Shown: positions 40,818-49,346 of the stretch, piece after piece | How the letters are laid out: every line of letters begins with the position of its first letter | Numbering within the stretch: the stretch's first letter is position 1 | Notes under the pieces: generated by a model | Databases searched by the model: none | The model's input: the letters and a program-made list of their open reading frames with translations, nothing else | What the model was told of the DNA's origin: nothing | Position numbers and translations under genes: made by a program | NCBI GenBank assembly: GCA_943787795.1 | Contig: CALSNU010000006.1 | Span: 416,001-480,000 of the forward strand | From: an uncultured bacterium | GTDB taxonomy: Bacteria; Planctomycetota; UBA1135; GCA-002686595 | Length of the DNA stretch: 64,000 nt | Direction: 5' to 3'

Positions 40818-40929
40818 GGCTCTCTGCGCTGGGCTCTCTGCGCTGGGCTCTCTGCGCTGGGCTCACTGCGCTGGGCTCACTGCGCTGGGCTCACTGCGCT
40901 GGGCTACTTGTGCTGGGCTCTCTGCGTCG
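40818..40929. repeat. 8 x 14-nt intergenic tandem repeat
   Basis: GGCTCTCTGCGCTG x3, GGCTCACTGCGCTG x3, GGCTACTTGTGCTG, GGCTCTCTGCGTCG. Confidence 0.92.
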
Positions 40930-40993
40930 GGACGCGACGTCCGTTTGCACCGCGCGAGGTTCGACCGCGGCCCGGACTCACGGCCCCGATACC

Positions 40994-41086
40994 CATCAGG
41001 TCGCGGGGTCCATCAGGTAGCGGGGTCCATCAGGTCGCGGGGTCCACTCAGGTCGCGGGGTCCCTCAGGTCATGGAACCCATCAGG
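40994..41086. repeat. ~5-6 x 17-nt tandem repeat abutting the smc stop codon
   Basis: CATCAGGTCGCGGGGTC-type units. The last CATCAGG includes the smc stop (TCA 41082-41084). Confidence 0.88.
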
Positions 41087-44000
41087 CCTCGTCGGCCACG
41101 GGCTCCACGCTGGGCTCGTCAGCCCCTTCGCTTGCAGGGGGCTCCACCGCCGAGGCATCCGGCCGGTGGACCGTGAGTTCCTTGACCGGCTCACCGGATT
41201 CGTCGAGGTCACCAGGTGCACCTGGAAGGGGCTCCGCGCCGGCCTCCCGGTCACGGGACTTGCCGGTGGACTCGGGGGCAAACTCGTCGATCTCGTCGAG
41301 CTCTACCGCCACGAATCGCGACACGCCCTTGACCTGCATCGTGACTCCGTAGAGCGCCTGAGAGGCGGCCATGGTGCCCTTGTTGTGGGTCACCACGATG
41401 AACTGGGTCGACTTGCGGAAGCGCTCGAGCATCCCGAGGAAGCGGTCGATGTTCGCGTCGTCCAGCGCCGCGTCCACCTCGTCCAGCACGCAGAAGGGGC
41501 TGGGGCGCGCCTCGAAGACGGCGAACAGCAGCGCCAGCGCCGTCATGGTCCGCTGACCACCCGACAGGAGCCCGATGGCGAGCAGCTCGCGACCCGGCGG
41601 GCGCGCGACGATCTCCACCCCAGCCTCGAGCACGTCCACCCCCTCCTCGAGGCGGATGTCGGCCTTGCCCCCGCCGAAGAGCAGGCGGAAGATCTGCTGG
41701 AAGTTACCGCGGACCTCCTCGAACGTCTCCACGAAGAGGCGGCGGCTCTCCTCGTCGATGGTGCTGATGGTCTCGCGCAGGGCGCGTCGCGCCTCGGCCA
41801 GATCCGACGCCTGGGTCTCGAGATGCTCCAGGCGCGAGCCGACCTCTTCGAGCTCGTGCACTGCCTCCACGTTGACCGGCCCGAGACGGTCCAGCTGCGC
41901 GCGCACGGCGGCGACCTCCTTCTCGAAGGCCTCGAGCTCGTCGCCCGGCATGATCTCGGCGGCCTCCACCGCGAACGCCTCGCGGAGCGCAGCCTCGTCG
42001 ATGCCCAGCTCCTCATCCGCCCGGCCGACCACCTCGCGCTGGCCGATCTCGGCCGCCTGGGCCTCCATGCGCTGGTTCGCGAGCGCTTCAGAGCTCCGAT
42101 CGAGCTCGCCCTGCACGGCCTCGGATTCCCGGCGGATCTCCGTGATGCGCTGGGCGCCGCTGCGCTCGTCCTCACGGAGGCGCTCGAGGCGCTCACCGAG
42201 CTCCGTCTGCTGCTCGGTCAGCACGTCGGAGTCGGCATTGATCTTCTCGATGTCCGAGCGACCCTCGTCTGCGCTGGCGCCATAGGTCTGGACCCGGCCC
42301 TTGCTCCGGTCGATCTCGGCCGCGGTATCCGTGATGAGTCGATCGAGGTCGCTGATGCGCTGCTCGAGCCCGGAGGACTCCGCCGTGGCAGAGGTCAACT
42401 CGACCTGGGCGCGGCCCTCCTCACGCTGAAGGTCCTCCCGTTCGGCTTCGAGCTGGCGACGCCCCTTCTCCATCTGTTCGAGCCGGGCATTCTCCGCCTC
42501 GAAGGCCTCGGCTGCTTGCTCCTTACGAGCGGACGCCTCCTGGAGATCCGACTCGACGCGCGCAAGCTCGCCCTGGGCCTTCGCGCGCTCCTCGCCGTGG
42601 CTCTCGAGGGCGGACTCAAGGTCCGCCAGGCGCGCGGTGCTCGAGACGACGAGCGACTCCGCCTCGCCGTGGGCCTCGACCGCGGCGTCCCGGGCCTCCG
42701 TGGAGGCCGCGAGCTGAGCCTGCAGCTCCGCGACGGCGGCTTCCGACTGCTGGATCTCGGTGTCCTTCTGCTCGATCTCGGCGGCGAGCTTGGCGATGGA
42801 GCGCTCGAGCTCCGCTGCGCTGGAGCGCCTCCCCACGAAGCCCTGGCTCAGCTCACGGTGGCCGCCAACGAGGCCCGCGGCGTCCACGAACTCGCCCCGC
42901 GGCGTGACAAATCGCCAGCCGGGCTCCCGCCCGACCAGATCGAGCGCGAGGTCGAGGCTGGAGACCACCACCACATCACAGAAGAGCGCGTGGACCAGCG
43001 GCCGCATGGACTCGTCGCACTGGACAAGATCCCCGAGTCGGCCCTCGACGCCGGCGCCGAACCGAGCGAAGAGCGCGAAGTCAGAGGGCGGCGGACAGTC
43101 CGGAGCGCCGACGCCGGGCGGCACGACCACGCCGACCTGCCCCACCTGCTCTGACTCGCACCAGTCCACGATTCGACGGGCCACGTGGGCGTCCCGTGCC
43201 ACGAGGGCGTGGGCTCTCTCGCCGAGCACCGCGTCGATGGCGCGCGCCAGGCGTGTGTCTGCGCGGAGCTGGTCCGCGACCAGGCCGAGGAGGTCGTCCT
43301 GATGGCAGGGGCCGCCGGCCTCACCGGCCGCCTCCAGGACCCGGCGAGCGCCCCCCGACAGGTCCTCGAGCTCTCGGTCCCGATCCATGAGGGCCTCGAC
43401 CTTGCTCTGCAGCCCGGCGCGCTCCACCCGGAGGCCAGAGCGCTCGGCGCGCCCCCTCTCAAGGCCTTCGCGCCCTGACCCGAGGTCGGCGCGGACGGTC
43501 TCCAGAGAGCGATCCGCGCCCTCGAGCACCGACACCGCCGACTCGAGCGACCCCTGCGCCCCGAGCAACGTCTCCTGGACCTCGCCTGCCTGGGTCTCCG
43601 AGCGCTCGAAGCGCTCCGTGACACGGGCGAGCCGCTCGGTCATGGGCGGGATCGCCTCCCGCAGGTGAACGATCTTGTTCTCGCTCGCGGTGCGCTGGTG
43701 CAGCGTATCCAGCACCCGCTCGTTCTGCGCCTCGACCTCGACCCGCAGCTGCTTGTACGTCTTCCCGAGCTCCCGGCTCTGGGACGTCAGGCTGGTCGCG
43801 CGCTCTTCGGCAGCGCGAGTTCGCTCGCGGAGCGCGTCGATCTCGCCGGTGATCCGAGCGAGCTCTTCTTCTCGCTCGGTGAGCTGGACGCCGAGGGCAG
43901 CGGCGCGCTCGGTCTCCTCCTCGGTGCTCGCCGTCCAGGACGCGATGCGCATGGCGAGCTGGCTCTTGCGCTCCTCGAGGGCCCGCAGGTCCCCCGAGAT

Positions 44001-44879
44001 CTGACCGACCTCGGCGCTGACGGTGCCGAGCTCGGCCACCACCGTGCTCCGCTCGGCCTCGCGCTCCTCGATCCCCTCCTCACACTCAGAGCGGCGTTGG
44101 CGGAGGCCCTCGACCCCGCCCTCGAGCTCCTCGATGGCCGGCCTCAGGACCTCGAGGCTGCCCTCTGCGGCGAGCAGGCGGTGGGAGAGCAGGCGGGTCC
44201 GCCCGGTGGTCCACTCCGCCTTGGCGGTGACGTACTTCTCGGCCTTGGTGGCCTGGATCTTCAGGGACCGCACCCGGCTCCGGAGCTCCCCCATCAGATC
44301 GTCCAGCCGCTCCACGTCCTGCTCACAGCGCTTCAGCCGGAGCTCGGTCTCGTGGCGACGCTGGCGGTAACGACTGATGCCAGCGGCCTCCTCGAAGATC
44401 GCGCGGCGCTGGGCGGGGTTGGCCGAGAGGACCGCGTCGATGCGGCCCTGCTCCAGCACCGAGTAGCCCCGGCTCCCCAGGCCCGTATCAAAGAGCAGGT
44501 CCTTGACGTCCTTGAGGCGCACCCGCTGGCCGTCGATGAGGTACTCCCCCTCGCCGCTGGCGTACAGCCGACGGCTGATGGCGATCTCGGGGCCACGCTC
44601 CTCGAGCACCCCCTGATCGTTGTCGAGCACCATGGTGACCTCGGCGGTCCCCATGCCAGGGCGGCTCGCGGACCCCTTGAAGATGACGTCGGTCATCCCC
44701 GAGCCCCTCATGGAGGTGGGCCGCGTCTCTCCGAGCACCCAGCGGACGGCGTCCACCACGTTGCTCTTGCCGCAGCCATTCGGGCCGACGATGCCCGTGA
44801 GGGTCGTCTGCCCGAAGTCGATGACGGTCCGATCGGCGAACGACTTGAAGCCGAAGAGCTCGAGGCGTTTGAGACGCAT
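41082..44879 (-). CDS. smc: Chromosome segregation protein SMC
   Basis: GFKSFAD, GPNGCGKSN, long coiled coils with a hinge, LSGGQR, FCVLDEVDAALD, FIVVTH. Confidence 0.97.
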   Translation of the reverse strand: MRLKRLELFGFKSFADRTVIDFGQTTLTGIVGPNGCGKSNVVDAVRWVLGETRPTSMRGSGMTDVIFKGSASRPGMGTAEVTMVLDNDQGVLEERGPEIAISRRLYASGEGEYLIDGQRVRLKDVKDLLFDTGLGSRGYSVLEQGRIDAVLSANPAQRRAIFEEAAGISRYRQRRHETELRLKRCEQDVERLDDLMGELRSRVRSLKIQATKAEKYVTAKAEWTTGRTRLLSHRLLAAEGSLEVLRPAIEELEGGVEGLRQRRSECEEGIEEREAERSTVVAELGTVSAEVGQISGDLRALEERKSQLAMRIASWTASTEEETERAAALGVQLTEREEELARITGEIDALRERTRAAEERATSLTSQSRELGKTYKQLRVEVEAQNERVLDTLHQRTASENKIVHLREAIPPMTERLARVTERFERSETQAGEVQETLLGAQGSLESAVSVLEGADRSLETVRADLGSGREGLERGRAERSGLRVERAGLQSKVEALMDRDRELEDLSGGARRVLEAAGEAGGPCHQDDLLGLVADQLRADTRLARAIDAVLGERAHALVARDAHVARRIVDWCESEQVGQVGVVVPPGVGAPDCPPPSDFALFARFGAGVEGRLGDLVQCDESMRPLVHALFCDVVVVSSLDLALDLVGREPGWRFVTPRGEFVDAAGLVGGHRELSQGFVGRRSSAAELERSIAKLAAEIEQKDTEIQQSEAAVAELQAQLAASTEARDAAVEAHGEAESLVVSSTARLADLESALESHGEERAKAQGELARVESDLQEASARKEQAAEAFEAENARLEQMEKGRRQLEAEREDLQREEGRAQVELTSATAESSGLEQRISDLDRLITDTAAEIDRSKGRVQTYGASADEGRSDIEKINADSDVLTEQQTELGERLERLREDERSGAQRITEIRRESEAVQGELDRSSEALANQRMEAQAAEIGQREVVGRADEELGIDEAALREAFAVEAAEIMPGDELEAFEKEVAAVRAQLDRLGPVNVEAVHELEEVGSRLEHLETQASDLAEARRALRETISTIDEESRRLFVETFEEVRGNFQQIFRLLFGGGKADIRLEEGVDVLEAGVEIVARPPGRELLAIGLLSGGQRTMTALALLFAVFEARPSPFCVLDEVDAALDDANIDRFLGMLERFRKSTQFIVVTHNKGTMAASQALYGVTMQVKGVSRFVAVELDEIDEFAPESTGKSRDREAGAEPLPGAPGDLDESGEPVKELTVHRPDASAVEPPASEGADEPSVEPVADEA

Positions 44880-44944
44880 GCAGAGAGGTCGTGTGGAGCA
44901 GGAGCGGGGGTGCGCGCTGAGAGACTGTCAAATCCCACCCGCAG

Positions 44945-47155
44945 TCAAAAGAGAGACTTCCCGCCCTCCCTGGATCCGGAATGGGGGCCTGCCCCACGAT
45001 GGGCTTGAAATTGCCTCCAGAGCTCGAATCGGGGCGTTTCGGCGCCTCCGACCCCTGCGGCATCGGGGCCGGGCGTCGACCTGATTTCTGGGGCCGAGGG
45101 GCCCCCGGCGTCCCCGGTCCCAGGGAAGAGTCCCCCCGCGGGTGAGGTCTCGAACAGGGTGGCGAGCCCTCGAGCCCGGCCAGGCCCCTCCTGAACCGCC
45201 TGCAGATCCGTCCCTCCGAGTCCGCTCACCAGGCCCCCGTAGGCCTCCACGCGCTCGGCCTCGGGCCGAGGCATGTCCTCGAAGAGGCGGGCCTGGGTGG
45301 GCCCCTCACCGGGCGCATCCGCCGCGGCAAAGCGCTCCGCCGCGGGCCGCCGGAACGCCCCCGAGACCTCCACTTGGAGCTCTGCCATCCGCCCCAGCCG
45401 CGCCCCCGCGTCCCGCAGGACCCCCAGCACCTGCGCGCCCTGATCCGCCTTGGCGGCCCCGTCCCCGAGGATCCGCAGCGCCTCGTGGAGCCCGACCGGC
45501 ACCAGCAGATGGACGGCTCTCGAAGCGATGAGCTCCCCGTGACGCTGCCGGGCCTCCCCCTGAAAGCGCGCCAGGGCACCGCTCGCCTCGACCGCTGTGG
45601 CCACCCGCTCGAGCAGCAGCTGGAGGAACCGCTCCTCTCGCCACGGGCCCGCCAGCCGGGCGAGTCGCGGCAGGTTGATCGCGACCGCGGAGGCCACGGC
45701 CAAGGGCCCTCGCTCCCGGCGGCGGCGGTGGCAGCCCGGCCCCACCCAACGGACCCCCTCTGGCGCCCAGACCGGCACCAGATGTCCAGACCCAAGGAGC
45801 GCCTCGGCCGCGGCCAGGGTCTCGGCTCGAACCTCGCCCCGGGGCGCCGCCGCGATGGCGTCCTCGACCTCCGCGAACGTGGCGTGGACCTGGACCGCCG
45901 CCCCGCCGTCTGCCGCCGCCCGGCCAAGGCACCGAATGAGGCGCCCCGCGGCGACCCCTCGCTTCCCCCCGAACCGGGCCACCCCGAGCGAGCGGCCCGA
46001 CGCCTCCGCTGCGGCGCCAAGGCTGCAAAGGAGATCAACCGCCGGGGCCTCGCGCCGCTCGAAGGAGGCACCGCCCGGCTCCATGACGGTGGCCAGCGCC
46101 CCCGCGAGGTCCTCGATGAAGAGACCGCGGCCCGCGTCGCGGAGCGCAACACCGACCCGCCGGACCAGGCGAAAGGCGCCGCCGCGCGCCACCGGCTCAC
46201 CGCCCCCGAGCAGGGCAGCCGAGAGCGACAGGGAGAGGACTCGGTGGGGCGCGCTCGCGCCCATCACGTGAAGATCGCCCCGTCGGTGCGCCTCGGCGCT
46301 CTCGGACGAGAGCACGTCCTGAAGCGCCCAGCGCTCGATGAGCGCCTCCCCCGAGACCTCGTCGAACGCCCTGCGCTCCGCTCGATCGCTCCAGGCGCAG
46401 GGGCCGGGGACCCGGTCCAGTTGATCCGGCCGGCTCCCATGGAGCGCAGCCGTGAGCTCCCGGCGGGGCAGCCCGACTGCCTCGTGCTGACGGAGGGCGC
46501 CCTCGAGACCGGCCTCAAGAAGCGCATGGTTCACGAGCTCGCGCACCAACCCGCCGGTCACGCGTCGGAGGGTGGTGCCGCTCAGGAAGGTCTCCACCCG
46601 GGCGGCCACCGCCGTGGCCTGCTCGGCGCCCAGCCCCGCCTCCTCCACGAGCCCGGAGGCCACCCGCCCGGGGTCAAACGGCCGGGATCCGTCTCGGCCC
46701 TCGACCACGGGCAGCCGCGCGGCGCCGATCGAGGGCGCGCTGCTCCGACTCTCCCTCAGGACCTCGCGTGCCCGGGCACGCCGGTCCCTCGCAAGAATGA
46801 ACTCCCGGGCCACATCCGTCTGCCCAAGCTCCACCAGCGCACGCTCCACCATCCCCCCGACCTCGGCGGGATCCACGTGGGCAGGGCGCCGCTCCCCATC
46901 GCTGGGGAGCGAGAACCTGACGATGTCCACCACCTCATCCACGAGGGCAGAATCAGCCGTCCCGGCCGCCACGCGCGCGCGCTCGACGCTCTCACGGAGG
47001 CGAGCCTCTTCGAAGGGCTCCACCGATCCAGGGAGCCGAGCGGCGGGCTCACCGAATGCAGCCGACGAACCGCGCCAAACCGGCGACGGTCCCATGGCGA
47101 CCGGGGGCGTCGCGTCCACGCCCTCGGAGCCAAACAGCCCCTCTTCCACGGACAT
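44945..47155 (-). CDS. Degenerate class III ribonucleotide reductase (NrdD)-like protein with two ATP cones and no glycyl-radical motif
   Basis: Two ATP-cone-like segments (EPFEEARL..VERALVELG..AREFIL; RPFDPGRV..LVRELVNHALLE). NrdD-like AEAHRRGDLH, AINLPRLA, VGLHEAL, AAERFAAAD. No C-terminal CxxC or RxxGY. Confidence 0.65.
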   Translation of the reverse strand: MSVEEGLFGSEGVDATPPVAMGPSPVWRGSSAAFGEPAARLPGSVEPFEEARLRESVERARVAAGTADSALVDEVVDIVRFSLPSDGERRPAHVDPAEVGGMVERALVELGQTDVAREFILARDRRARAREVLRESRSSAPSIGAARLPVVEGRDGSRPFDPGRVASGLVEEAGLGAEQATAVAARVETFLSGTTLRRVTGGLVRELVNHALLEAGLEGALRQHEAVGLPRRELTAALHGSRPDQLDRVPGPCAWSDRAERRAFDEVSGEALIERWALQDVLSSESAEAHRRGDLHVMGASAPHRVLSLSLSAALLGGGEPVARGGAFRLVRRVGVALRDAGRGLFIEDLAGALATVMEPGGASFERREAPAVDLLCSLGAAAEASGRSLGVARFGGKRGVAAGRLIRCLGRAAADGGAAVQVHATFAEVEDAIAAAPRGEVRAETLAAAEALLGSGHLVPVWAPEGVRWVGPGCHRRRRERGPLAVASAVAINLPRLARLAGPWREERFLQLLLERVATAVEASGALARFQGEARQRHGELIASRAVHLLVPVGLHEALRILGDGAAKADQGAQVLGVLRDAGARLGRMAELQVEVSGAFRRPAAERFAAADAPGEGPTQARLFEDMPRPEAERVEAYGGLVSGLGGTDLQAVQEGPGRARGLATLFETSPAGGLFPGTGDAGGPSAPEIRSTPGPDAAGVGGAETPRFELWRQFQAHRGAGPHSGSREGGKSLF

Positions 47156-47167
47156 CCGATGCTCCGG

Positions 47168-47737
47168 TCAGGACCCGTCGCGAGTCTCGGTCTGCGGCTC
47201 GGAATCCGGGGGACTGGCGGCCTGCCGATCCCCTGAACGGTCGCCCGGCTGCCCATCGAGAACCGGGTCGTCCAGGCCCTCGACGTCTTCGTCGAGGATG
47301 GTCTCCAGCTCGGACATGAACTGCCCCACGTCCTTGAACTCGCGGTACACGCTGGCGAAGCGAACGTAGGCCACCTGGTCGAGCTGGCGCAGCTCGTCCA
47401 TCACCAGTGAGCCGATGACCGAGCTCGGGACCTCTCGGTCGTACTCACCCTGACACCGCCCCTCGACGCGCATGACCGCCTCCTCGATGTCCGCCATGGA
47501 CACGGGCAGCTTCTCGCACGCCCGAAGCATCCCGTGGAGGATGCGGTCGCGGTCAAAGCGGACGCGCTCCCCGTTCTTCTTGATCACCCTGAGCGGGCTC
47601 TCCTCGATGCGCTCGTACGTGGTGAAGCGCATGAAGCACTCGAGGCACTCGCGGCGCCGCCGGATCACCACGCCATCCGCGGACGTCCGTGAGTCGACCA
47701 CGCGGTCGTCGTCGGAGGAGCAGCGGGGGCACTTCAA
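47168..47737 (-). CDS. nrdR: Transcriptional repressor NrdR
   Basis: KCPRC..VVDSR..IRRRRECLEC..RFTTYER, ATP cone, DQVAYVRFASVYREF. TTG start. Confidence 0.96.
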   Translation of the reverse strand: MKCPRCSSDDDRVVDSRTSADGVVIRRRRECLECFMRFTTYERIEESPLRVIKKNGERVRFDRDRILHGMLRACEKLPVSMADIEEAVMRVEGRCQGEYDREVPSSVIGSLVMDELRQLDQVAYVRFASVYREFKDVGQFMSELETILDEDVEGLDDPVLDGQPGDRSGDRQAASPPDSEPQTETRDGS

Positions 47738-47813
47738 GGGGGAGATCGGGCCGATGGCCCGGGGAACGAGTGGAGCAAGCCCAAAGGGGCGTGTCAACGA
47801 GGACCGGCCACCC

Positions 47814-49346
47814 TCACTTCCCGAGGCAAAACTGGGCGAAGATCCGGTCCAGGAGGTCCTCTGGCGTCGTACGCCCCACGACGCCGTCCAGGGCGTCCGT
47901 GGCGCAGCGGAGGTCCTCCGCGACCTGATCCAGGGGGGCTCCGCCCCCCGACTCCCCTCCAAGCAGCCCCTGCCGCGCCATCTGGAGGCCAGCGCGAGCC
48001 TCCTCCAGCGACTGCAGGTGCCGCGCCCCAAGGCCCAGCGCCCCCGGATTCCCGGCGGCGTCCTCGTTGGACTCCAGGAGGGCCAGCGCCGCCCGGTCGA
48101 GCGCCTCAAGCCCGTCGCCGCTCGCGGCGCTGATCGCGACCCAGGCGTCCGCGCGCTCACGCAGCCCCCACGGAGGCTCCGGCGCCGCCCCCTTGAGGTC
48201 CGTCTTGTTCCAGACCAGCAGGACGGGCGCGCCCTCGGCTTCGAGGCTCGGCAGCGCCGCCCCCGCAGCGTCAACCACCGTGACCAGAAGGTCGGCGCTG
48301 CTCACCAGCCGGGCGGCGTTGGACTCGGCGATCCGGTCAGGGTCGTCCGCGTCCCGCTCATCTGTCTTTCTCTCCGCTGTATCTCTCTCCGCTGTATCTC
48401 TTCCCGCTGGGCCCAGCTCATTCGCCGCACCACCTTCGCCGCGCCGCCCCAGCGCAGCAACATCGGAGGCCCCCACGCCGCGAGCTCCGTCGCGATCCAC
48501 CACGCCGGCGGTATCGACCAGCTCCAGGATGCGATCCGGGCTGAGACGCCACTCCGCATGCTTGGCGTCGCGGGTCGTCCCCGCGAGGTCACTCACGAGC
48601 GCCCCGCCGCTCGCCTCTGCCGTCCTGCCGGAGGCGAGGCGGTTGAACAGCGTGCTCTTGCCCGCGTTGGGCGCCCCGGCGAGCACCGCCCTGCCCGCGC
48701 GTCCCGTCGCCATCCGGGCGCGCTCCCACCCGAGCGCCGCGTCGAGCCCGGCCGCCACGTCGCTCGCCATGCGCTCGAGCTGCCGGGTTGGGACGTGGCC
48801 CGTATCCGCCTCGTCGAAGTCCAGGCTGGCCTCCGTCAGCGAGCGAAGCGCCTCGAGCCCCGCGCGGAGCTCCCCGAGCCGACGCTCGAGCCCGCCCGCC
48901 AACAGAGCCGAGGCCGCCCGCCGCTCGCTTCGGGTTCGCGCCTGAACGAGCGCCAGCACACCCTCCGCGCGGGTCAGATCGATTCGACCGTTCTCGAAGG
49001 CTCGGCGGGTGAACTCTCCCGGCTCGGCGAGCGTCGCTCCAGCCGAGAGGACACGCTCGAGCGCTCCCTGGGCCAACGCGGGGTGCCCCGGGAGATGGAG
49101 CTCGAGGACGTCCTCAGCCGTGAACGAGCGCGGTCCGGGCATCCAGACCGCGAGGCACGGCAGCGCGCCAACCCCGTCGTCGAACAGGGCCTCGTGGGCC
49201 CCGCGCCGATCGAGCTTCAGGGGTCGACCGCTCGCGTCGGTGCAGCACTCCGCCCCCAAGCGTGCAGCCCGGGGGCCAGAGACACGCAGCACCGCCCGCC
49301 GGCCCGCACCGGCTGACGAGGCGATCGCCGCGATGGTCGAGCTCAC
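47814..49346 (-). CDS. mnmE: tRNA modification GTPase MnmE/TrmE
   Basis: STIAAIAS, PRSFTAED, AEPGEFTRRAFENGRIDL, GAPNAGKS, GTTRD, DTAG, NKTD, C-terminal FCLGK. Confidence 0.95.
   Translation of the reverse strand: MSSTIAAIASSAGAGRRAVLRVSGPRAARLGAECCTDASGRPLKLDRRGAHEALFDDGVGALPCLAVWMPGPRSFTAEDVLELHLPGHPALAQGALERVLSAGATLAEPGEFTRRAFENGRIDLTRAEGVLALVQARTRSERRAASALLAGGLERRLGELRAGLEALRSLTEASLDFDEADTGHVPTRQLERMASDVAAGLDAALGWERARMATGRAGRAVLAGAPNAGKSTLFNRLASGRTAEASGGALVSDLAGTTRDAKHAEWRLSPDRILELVDTAGVVDRDGARGVGASDVAALGRRGEGGAANELGPAGRDTAERDTAERKTDERDADDPDRIAESNAARLVSSADLLVTVVDAAGAALPSLEAEGAPVLLVWNKTDLKGAAPEPPWGLRERADAWVAISAASGDGLEALDRAALALLESNEDAAGNPGALGLGARHLQSLEEARAGLQMARQGLLGGESGGGAPLDQVAEDLRCATDALDGVVGRTTPEDLLDRIFAQFCLGK

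Noticed and set aside
47738..48274. Long N-terminal extension of NrdR in the ORF track
   Set aside because: It overlaps mnmE; the NrdR homology starts at (M)KCPRC, TTG 47737.
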